Made by a program: the position numbers and the translations under genes. Positions 7,691-14,070 of a stretch of 14,070 nt of DNA are shown here, piece by piece. Position 1 is the first letter of the stretch. The number at the start of each line of letters is the position of its first letter. The stretch is taken from assembly GCA_040222015.1 (NCBI GenBank), contig JAVJWO010000133.1:1-14070 (forward strand). The letters are read 5' to 3'. Origin of the DNA: Coleofasciculus chthonoplastes F2-STO-03 (GTDB taxonomy: Bacteria; Cyanobacteriota; Cyanobacteriia; Cyanobacteriales; Coleofasciculaceae). The notes under the pieces were generated by a model. That model worked only from the letters and a program-made list of their open reading frames with translations. It was not told the origin of the DNA and ran no database searches.

Positions 7691-7909
7691 ATGACTCAGC
7701 AAGTTACTCACCCCATGGTGAAGATGCAGCGTCAGGTGCGTTCACTCGTGGAATCCAAGATAATCAAACCCAGCGACAGTATATGGAAAATCGCCCTGCT
7801 TTATGGCGACGACTGGTCGTTCTGGAAAAAGGAACTCATCGAATTTGGCTTCACCATGCAAGATCCAATTGGTGACTTACTCGCCGTGGAAGCATGGGAT
7901 GAAGAATAG
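7691..7909 (+). CDS. DUF4327-family small cyanobacterial protein
   Basis: 72 aa with HPMVKMQRQVRSLV...IWKIALLYGDDW...F.MQDPIGDLL.VEAWDEE, recognised as the DUF4327 pattern. Confidence 0.8.
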   Translation: MTQQVTHPMVKMQRQVRSLVESKIIKPSDSIWKIALLYGDDWSFWKKELIEFGFTMQDPIGDLLAVEAWDEE

Positions 7910-7966
7910 ATGTCCTGACAACCGTTAATAGCAAATAATAGCGAAGCGATCGCGCCAGCAGAAGCT

Positions 7967-9193
7967 TTAGCGACAAGCGTCTAAGGCGTCTGCCAGCTCT
8001 TTAGCCGTTTGGTAGCGTTCGCACACTTTGAGTTGGCATACCCGGTCGATTACTTCCCGTAACGCGGGATTAATCGTGGGGGCTTTGGACAAGTCAAATC
8101 CATAGCCTAAACTACGGCGGCGATAAAATTTAAGGGGAGTCATCCCAGTTAACAGAAAAATCAGGGTCGGACCAATGGCATAGAGATCGGATTGAGTGAC
8201 TGGAGTCCCTCGGTCTTGTTCAGGGGCGCTATACCCTTCAGCACCAATTCGAGTTCCTGGCATTGTCCCGATCTCCTTCACTGCGCCAAAGTCAAGGACT
8301 ACTATGCTGTTGTCTCGATGACGCACAATCAGATTCGCGGGTTTGATATCCCGGTGAATTAAGGGCGGATCGCTGGAATGGATGTAATCTAGAACATCAC
8401 AGGTTTGAATCATCCACTTAATGGCTTGATCTGGGGTAACGGGTCCAGCCATCAAAATCCGTTGCTCCAAATCTTGTCCGTGGATGAGCGCCATTGCCAA
8501 ATACTTTTTACCCCTTTCGACAAAAAAGTCATAATACTGAGGAATTCCGGGATGATGCAGGGCTTGTAAGGCACGCGCCTCTCGCTCAAACAGTTCTTGG
8601 GCTTTAGCAATTTGTGCCACATCCGCATTCATTTCTTTGAGGACGAGTAACATCGGGCGTCCCTCGATTTTGCCTGTATTATCCCAGGCGAGATAGGTTG
8701 TCCCCATTCCTCCCTGTCCCAGGGTTCGTAACACTTGATAGTGGCGGATAACTCGTTGTACAGGGACTAAAGGTTGACCACAGTGAATACAAAATAAATT
8801 ACCGGGAGGATTGCCCAGGTGAGTGCAAGACGGTTTAGATTTAGGCGTTGGCGAGACTAAGCCAGAATTTGGCACAGAAACCGGGTTCAGTTCAAATTTG
8901 AGCATCGGTCCTTCTCGAGCCAGCCGAATCAAGCCCTGATTCGGGAGTATCTCTCGTGATACCAGCACTCCATTGAGAAACGTGCCGTTGGTTCCCTGAT
9001 TAACCAACTGCCACTTATGTCCAGATTGGACGCCGGTGACTCTCAATTCTAGGTGATACCGAGATACTAACGGATTGTTTAGAATCACATCATTATCTGG
9101 CGATCGACCAATACGAATTGTAGACTGGTTGTGGAATTTCCACTGTTGTAATGGAGTGGATGCCTGCGGATGTAGAAGGGTCAGCGTGACCAT
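7967..9193 (-). CDS. FHA-domain Hanks-type Ser/Thr protein kinase with a small Cys/His zinc-ribbon linker
   Basis: FHA (IGRSPDNDV, VSRYH, GTNGTFLNG), CTH...FCIHCG, and intact kinase motifs GQGGMG, VLKE, FEREA, HRDIKPAN, DFG, APE, SDLYAIG. Confidence 0.95.
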   Translation of the reverse strand: MVTLTLLHPQASTPLQQWKFHNQSTIRIGRSPDNDVILNNPLVSRYHLELRVTGVQSGHKWQLVNQGTNGTFLNGVLVSREILPNQGLIRLAREGPMLKFELNPVSVPNSGLVSPTPKSKPSCTHLGNPPGNLFCIHCGQPLVPVQRVIRHYQVLRTLGQGGMGTTYLAWDNTGKIEGRPMLLVLKEMNADVAQIAKAQELFEREARALQALHHPGIPQYYDFFVERGKKYLAMALIHGQDLEQRILMAGPVTPDQAIKWMIQTCDVLDYIHSSDPPLIHRDIKPANLIVRHRDNSIVVLDFGAVKEIGTMPGTRIGAEGYSAPEQDRGTPVTQSDLYAIGPTLIFLLTGMTPLKFYRRRSLGYGFDLSKAPTINPALREVIDRVCQLKVCERYQTAKELADALDACR

Positions 9194-9508
9194 AGTCCTC
9201 AGTTTTTTGTCCTTAACTCACAGGGCTTGTTTCAATGTATTGGCGGGAGTCCCTTGAGCCAAACTCTGGCTCTTGAAGCCCGGTTTGGTATCCGTGGTTT
9301 ATTATTTAGACGGATTACTGGTACTCGCTGCATAAAAAATAATCTAGTCCTTAATTAAAGTTAGTCGCTCCCGTCCTTTTTCGGGATTAGGATTCCTCTG
9401 AGTCTTTGATGAACCCACCGATGCACCTGCCATAGCAGAAGATAGAAGGTTCCAGGGCAGAAGGTAAAAGGTTTCTTACTGGTACGTAATCGTTTCAGCC
9501 ATTTAATC

Positions 9509-9536
9509 TGTCCTAACCTTTATGGCGACAGCTATA
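9509..9536. repeat. Solo right arm of family B element
   Basis: TGTCCTAACCTTTATGGCGACAGCTATA shares TGTCCTAAC-N13-GCTATA with 3269-3296. Confidence 0.75.
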
Positions 9537-9651
9537 TATAAAACTAATACAATTCCCACATAGCCGGACATTGAGGTTTACTTACAGCTTCGACTAGGGC
9601 TGTTGGTAGCCTCCCAATACTGCTCGCATAAGCTCTAATTTAATTTTTTCT

Positions 9652-9681
9652 CCCAGACGTTCCACCGGAACGCCTCTACAT
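9652..9681. repeat. Family D palindrome CCCAGACGTTCCACCGGAACGCCTCTACAT
   Basis: Same CCCAGACG...CG(T/C)CTCTACAT frame as 7441-7469, with a different but self-complementary inner stem. Confidence 0.8.
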
Positions 9682-9684
9682 GCA

Positions 9685-9729
9685 CCCCTGCTCCCCCTGC
9701 TCCCCCTGCTCCCCCTGCTCCCCCTGCTC
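9685..9729. repeat. Tandem nonamer CCCCTGCTC x5 (STRR-like)
   Basis: Five perfect 9-bp units are directly visible. Confidence 0.92.
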
Positions 9730-9953
9730 CCCTATCCCTTGCAGTATTGTCTCAATTCCTTGTTCCTGTTCCCCGTTCCCCAAAATGATGTGCAGACAGG
9801 CATTATACTCAATTCTGGTTAACTACACCCGTTTGGGTAGGGACAAGACTCTAGGGCAGAAGGCAGATGGTTCCAAGAGTAAAAAATTGGGTATAACCAA
9901 TGACGTAGCTTGCTTCTCGCGCTCTTCGAGTATGACAAATGACCAATCATCAA

Positions 9954-12101
9954 TCACCAACTCCGTTGCTGAAAATTAGGTCGCACTTTTACTCGGATGA
10001 GTATCGCTGTGATGTTGTCGTGACCATTCTGCTCATTGGCTAGGTCAACTAACTGTAGGATACCCTGCTCAAGGTTAGCGCGAGAACTGAGCAAAGGAGC
10101 CAGGTGGGTCTGCCAGTTATTCTCGATAAGTTCATTATCGGACAACCCATCGGAACACAGAACGAATAAGGTATCCTCATTCAGTTCCAAAAAATTGATG
10201 TCAGGAGTAACAAACTGGTCGCTGCGGGGTCCTAGGGCTTGAGTAAGTTGATAAGCATCCGGGCGAGAATAGGCGATCGCTTCTTCTACACCGCGTTTCA
10301 TTTCCCGTTGACCGACTTCATGGTCTACGGTGAGTTGCTCTAAACCGCCTTTGCGGGTTAACCGATAGAGACGACTATCGCCAACATGGGCGATCGCGAC
10401 GTTGGTATTCTGAACCAACATCATTGCCAAGGTTGTCCCCATGCGACCACTGCCTGATCGCGCATTTTGTTGGTTGACATCATAAATGTCCTGGTTCGTT
10501 AGGCGCACCGCTTCGCGAATACTTTCTTCTGTGGGTAACTCGTCCTGCCAATGGTCTTGAAAATACGCCTCCAGCTTTTCCACCGCCATAGAACTCGCCA
10601 CTTCTCCGGCAGCATGTCCACCCATTCCATCACAGAGAATATAAAGACCGCGAGCGTCTAAGGTTCGACCTATGGGGGTTTCGTGCTTTTTCACCTGCGC
10701 CTGAATCCCAAAGCAGTCTTCATTGTGATCCCGTTGACGACCAATATCCGTGCAGCCAACATCATCAAGGCTGAGTAATTGCATGGGTAGAACAACCGTA
10801 GGACCGCCATCGTCGTAGCTACCCACGTCCCCTGTGGGCATTTCCAGAAAACTCATCATCTCTTCAGACAGGGGTTCAGCCATATCTAAGGTAACTGCCG
10901 TTGCCTGTTCTGCTTGTGCCTCTTCTTCAGCGTGAGCGATCGCTTCTAACTCGGATCGCAATTGGTCAATCGTGGTAATTTCCTGGGTACACATCTGCCG
11001 AAATACCGTCCCCAATGAGGTCAGTTGAGTCCGTTGGGACTGGTTAAATAGCAGCCGCCACATTTGCCCCAAATCCTCTAAAAGGGGTGGATCATCTTCA
11101 GAATCATGATAGAGGCGCTCTAACCCCAGCACCTGGTCTTCATCAACTCGTAAATTGGTAATTTCTAATAGACTTTGACGACAATGCCAGGGTTCAAGTG
11201 CTTGCCAAAGTCGTGCCATTTCATCAAGCCAATACAATAGCTGTAAGGTCGATAATGTTTCACTGCCCCACAAGTCACCGAGAAGTTGCCAGCTTGAGCG
11301 ATCTTCAAGCAACATTACAGACTGATTATCCTGCTGCCACGCATCATGAACCTCTGGCACAGTCGGATAATGGTTTTGTTTCAACGCCAAATAGGGTTGT
11401 GCGATCGCCGGAATTCCCAGGATTGGCGAGGATTGGGATGGGGATTGCTCTGATTGTTGCTCTAGTAGGGCTTCCAGAAGGGATTTCTGAAAGGGCTGGC
11501 AGTCCAACACTTTGACAAACGTTTCTGATCCGGCGGGGGCATCCGCTAAGGTGTCGGGATTTAGGGGTTCGATGAGTCGGTAACGTTGTTGAGCATCCAG
11601 ATAGGCGATCGAGTGAGCATTGTAAGCAGAACTTGCCTCAGATGTCGCCGTCGATGAGGCTTGAGTCTCTAGATCGGGTTCAACTGTTGATTGTGCCATC
11701 AACGTCGGACTCTTTGCCGTTTCTGGTTGATCCGTTTCCTGAGAAAAAGCCTCAGAATCGGTTTTGGCATCATCGGGAATTTCGGCAGACGTTAATTCAC
11801 TGTCCTTCGTTTGTGTCCCCTGGGCTGATGACTCTAAATCCGCAGGGCTAGCGATTGGCTCAGAATTAGTTGAGGCACCTTCTGGAGCCGGGGTTAAGGC
11901 TACGCCATACTCTGGCTCTTTGGCAATAATTGCCCACCAAACCGTTCCCGTAAACGCACCGCAATTATGGCAGGTTTCAGCATTAACGGGAACTTGGGTA
12001 TCGCATTCAGGACACACCTTATGGATCAAGGAAGTTCCACATCGCTGACAAAACTTGTGAGTATTCGGGTTTTCAAAATGACACTGGGGACAAATTAACA
12101 T
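9954..12101 (-). CDS. PP2C/PPM-family Ser/Thr phosphatase with N-terminal double zinc ribbon, low-complexity linker and putative pseudokinase domain
   Basis: Four CxxC motifs at the N-terminus. PPM motifs TDIGRQRDHNED, LCDGMGGH, MGTT, HVGDSRLY, LTVDH, LTQALG, LCSDGL, GHDNIT. Confidence 0.93.
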   Translation of the reverse strand: MLICPQCHFENPNTHKFCQRCGTSLIHKVCPECDTQVPVNAETCHNCGAFTGTVWWAIIAKEPEYGVALTPAPEGASTNSEPIASPADLESSAQGTQTKDSELTSAEIPDDAKTDSEAFSQETDQPETAKSPTLMAQSTVEPDLETQASSTATSEASSAYNAHSIAYLDAQQRYRLIEPLNPDTLADAPAGSETFVKVLDCQPFQKSLLEALLEQQSEQSPSQSSPILGIPAIAQPYLALKQNHYPTVPEVHDAWQQDNQSVMLLEDRSSWQLLGDLWGSETLSTLQLLYWLDEMARLWQALEPWHCRQSLLEITNLRVDEDQVLGLERLYHDSEDDPPLLEDLGQMWRLLFNQSQRTQLTSLGTVFRQMCTQEITTIDQLRSELEAIAHAEEEAQAEQATAVTLDMAEPLSEEMMSFLEMPTGDVGSYDDGGPTVVLPMQLLSLDDVGCTDIGRQRDHNEDCFGIQAQVKKHETPIGRTLDARGLYILCDGMGGHAAGEVASSMAVEKLEAYFQDHWQDELPTEESIREAVRLTNQDIYDVNQQNARSGSGRMGTTLAMMLVQNTNVAIAHVGDSRLYRLTRKGGLEQLTVDHEVGQREMKRGVEEAIAYSRPDAYQLTQALGPRSDQFVTPDINFLELNEDTLFVLCSDGLSDNELIENNWQTHLAPLLSSRANLEQGILQLVDLANEQNGHDNITAILIRVKVRPNFQQRSW

Positions 12102-12268
12102 AACGGAACTTCCTCAATTCCTATCGGGTTTCTCAGGCTGGGATTATAAGCTAGCTGCCATCTAGTTTGCCACGCCAGAATCAAAGGTTGCAGCTTTTAA
12201 GGGAGTTGTTATCGAGTGTATTGGCGCAACAGAGCAGTATTGGCAAGGGAGTTAACTAAAAACTCAGC

Positions 12269-12350
12269 CAGGGCGGGTTTAGTGTAGAGACGCGCCATGG
12301 CGCGTCTGTATCAGGGTTTTCTCCTGAACGTTATCGGTAAAACCCGCCCC
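12269..12350. repeat. Family A palindromic element copy 4 with a nested family D palindrome (GTAGAGACGCGCCATGGCGCGTCTGTA, 12284-12310)
   Basis: CAGGGCGGGTTT...AACGTTATC...AAAACCCGCCCC flanks a perfect 20-bp palindrome at 12288-12307. Confidence 0.85.
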
Positions 12351-12383
12351 GGAAAGACGCTTCTGGCATCATGTCTGGAACAC

Positions 12384-12968
12384 TCAAAACTTCACCAGTT
12401 TCTGGAGACAGACAAGTTCCGGGGGCGTCAGATCACGCCACTGACCCGGTTGCAACCCAGAAAGACGCAGATGAGCGATCGCGACCCGGATTAATCGTAA
12501 GGTGGGAAATCCCACGGCTGCTGTCATGCGCCGTACTTGACGGTTACGCCCTTCGGTCAAGGTGATTTCTAACCAGCAAGTCGGTACAGTTTTGCGAAAG
12601 CGAATCGGGGGATCGCGAGGTGGTAGATCGGGTTCTTGGGGTAATCGCTGCACTTGAGCTTTTCTGGTCTGATAATCTTTAATCACTACACCCTGGCGCA
12701 ATTGATTCAAGGCAGCTTCATCGGGGATACGTTCCACTTGCACCCAATAGGTACGGGGATGTCGAAAGCGCGGGTTAGAGAGACGATGCTGCAAGCGTCC
12801 ATGATTGGTCAACAAGAGCAATCCCTCGCTGTCTCGGTCAAGGCGTCCGACGGGGTAAACCTCCGACACCGGAATATAGTCTTTGAGCGTTCGACGGGGA
12901 CAGTCCTCCCTATCCGTAAACTGACTTAAGACATCGTAGGGTTTGTAGAACAAAAGGTATCGATACAC
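12384..12968 (-). CDS. rluE: RsuA/RluE-family rRNA pseudouridine synthase (RluE-like, no S4 domain)
   Basis: [11 protein letters not shown], catalytic [50 protein letters not shown] start. Confidence 0.85.
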   Translation of the reverse strand: MYRYLLFYKPYDVLSQFTDREDCPRRTLKDYIPVSEVYPVGRLDRDSEGLLLLTNHGRLQHRLSNPRFRHPRTYWVQVERIPDEAALNQLRQGVVIKDYQTRKAQVQRLPQEPDLPPRDPPIRFRKTVPTCWLEITLTEGRNRQVRRMTAAVGFPTLRLIRVAIAHLRLSGLQPGQWRDLTPPELVCLQKLVKF

Positions 12969-12988
12969 ATTTTCAATCTTAACCGTTG

Positions 12989-13876
12989 TCAGTTAGAACC
13001 TTCATCTGGGGACGGGGGTAAATAATCATTGAATCGTTGCTGGTCATAGAAGTAAAGCGTGCGAATTGGGTAAGGAATATTAATGTCGGCGTGATCAAAG
13101 GCTTTTTTAATCGCCATAATCGATCGAGTTTGCACCTGACGGACTCGTTGCTGCTGGGGTAAAGTCCAATAGCGGACAACGAAATCAATGGAACTGTCGC
13201 CAAAACTGACTAAATCGATTTCTGGTGAGGGCTGGGACAAGACACCCTCGACCTGAGTAATGGTTTGCTCGAGCAGTTCAGCCGCTTCAGACAAGGGAGT
13301 ATTGTAGTCAACTCCGACACCTAAATCCGTTCGTCGCTGTCCGTAAGCTGTTCTGACTTGCACCGCACTGGTAAATACCGTTGCATTCGGTAGGAGAACT
13401 CGTTCGCCTTGATAGGTACGAATTTGGGTAGTACGGATGTCAATCTTCTCCACCGTTCCTTCATAGTCTTCTATAATCACCTGATCGTTGATGCGAAACG
13501 GTTCTTGCACCAGTAACAGCACCCCAGCTAAAAAGTTTTTGAAGATATCTTGAAAGGCAAAACCAACGGCGACTGAACCCAACCCCAGCGCCGCGATAAT
13601 GTCACCAAGCCGCAAGCCAGGGAAGGCGATAACACTAGCGGCTAAAACGCCAACCACCCACGTTGCTACATAACTCATTTTCGCCAGCAGCAGTTGCAGC
13701 GATTGGCTACGGATTGTACGCTCTCCTATCTTAGCGGTGACTTGCTCAACACCATCAGCGCTGTAGCGAGTCAACAGGACGATGATCACTCCGCCGATAA
13801 GTCCGGGCAAAACCTCAATGGTCGAGCCAAGTAGATTGAGTAAACTGGATTGGATTTGTTGAATGAGACTGTTCAC
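12989..13876 (-). CDS. Small-conductance mechanosensitive channel, MscS family
   Basis: TM3 motif [69 protein letters not shown]. Confidence 0.92.
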   Translation of the reverse strand: MNSLIQQIQSSLLNLLGSTIEVLPGLIGGVIIVLLTRYSADGVEQVTAKIGERTIRSQSLQLLLAKMSYVATWVVGVLAASVIAFPGLRLGDIIAALGLGSVAVGFAFQDIFKNFLAGVLLLVQEPFRINDQVIIEDYEGTVEKIDIRTTQIRTYQGERVLLPNATVFTSAVQVRTAYGQRRTDLGVGVDYNTPLSEAAELLEQTITQVEGVLSQPSPEIDLVSFGDSSIDFVVRYWTLPQQQRVRQVQTRSIMAIKKAFDHADINIPYPIRTLYFYDQQRFNDYLPPSPDEGSN

Positions 13877-13917
13877 AACTCGATTAGTAAAGGTTTAGAC
13901 TGGCTTACACTAGACCT

Positions 13918-14070
13918 TAAGAAAATATCCCACCCGAATCGCGAGGGGCTACCCCTTCAACGAAGTAAGGGGTAGGGGGATAGCGGAAAATGCGAGGGGT
14001 CAATCCCCGAAGTATTTTCAATCTCTCTCTTTCTATCCCATGTGGTGGTATAGTTTAGCCATGAAACAAG
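13918..14070 (+). mobile_element. Possible left end of an IS200/IS605-like (tnpB-type) element: GC-rich hairpins, extended -10 box and start of an ORF (ATG at 14061)
   Basis: Stem CTACCCCTT/AAGGGGTAG (13949-13975), stem GAAAATGC..GGGG/CCCC..GTATTTTC (13986-14019), TGGTATAGT (14046-14054), then ATG AAA CAA G. Only 3 codons are visible, so the identity is inferred. Confidence 0.35.

Larger units (their letters stand above)
247..12482. repeat. HIP1 octamers GCGATCGC, dispersed (at least 12 sites)
   Basis: Seen starting at 247, 1450, 1555, 1797, 2083, 2831, 7946, 10273, 10390, 10936, 11401 and 12475. This is a hallmark of cyanobacterial genomes. Confidence 0.9.

Noticed and set aside
7487..7711. 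74-aa minus-strand ORF upstream of DUF4327
   Set aside because: It overlaps the DUF4327 start and probable promoter region and has no motif. It cannot be supported from sequence alone.
2839..7945. HIP1-free 5-kb stretch as evidence for a genomic island
   Set aside because: It includes the core genes cimA and ferredoxin. The gap may be chance and was not tested statistically.
9344..9433. 29-aa minus-strand small ORF (MAGASVGSSK...) upstream of the kinase
   Set aside because: No RBS or recognisable motif. ORFs of this length are expected by chance.
9680..9979. 99-aa ORF with PCS repeats, superficially metallothionein-like or RiPP-like
   Set aside because: It is the translation of the CCCCTGCTC tandem repeat and other repeat remnants, antisense to the local gene direction.
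354..13203. Shadow ORFs (354-584, 1426-1644, 1448-1654, 2167-2352, 3411-3764, 4603-4788, 5635-5952, 6524-6847, 6735-6992, 9075-9257, 10036-10242, 11198-11515, 11633-11851, 11764-12048, 12297-12494, 12371-12565, 12654-12929, 12979-13203)
   Set aside because: They overlap well-supported genes in antisense or alternative frames and show no recognisable motifs.

Overview
Chromosomal window from a cyanobacterium, probably filamentous (inferred from at least 12 HIP1 GCGATCGC sites, short tandem heptamer/nonamer STRR-type repeats and a canonical NtcA promoter). Genes in order: nrrA (NtcA-activated OmpR-type regulator), an ABC ATPase with no permease in the window, two membrane proteins of unknown function, a DUF433/DUF5615 (PIN-like) toxin-antitoxin pair, a 2Fe-2S ferredoxin, citramalate synthase cimA, a DUF4327 protein, an FHA-domain Ser/Thr kinase, a zinc-ribbon PP2C phosphatase, an RluE-like pseudouridine synthase and an MscS channel. 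The right edge may be the left end of an IS200/IS605-like element. The most notable structure is not explained by the gene calls. (1) Several families of small palindromic REP/MITE-like elements occur, and one copy sits in-frame inside cimA. (2) The TA pair is bracketed by a duplicated piece of the neighbouring gene and a duplicated REP hairpin in the same order, which looks like an insertion scar. (3) The PP2C phosphatase appears to carry a degenerate kinase (pseudokinase) domain that aligns by eye with the adjacent active kinase. Family names come from motif recognition only; no searches were run.
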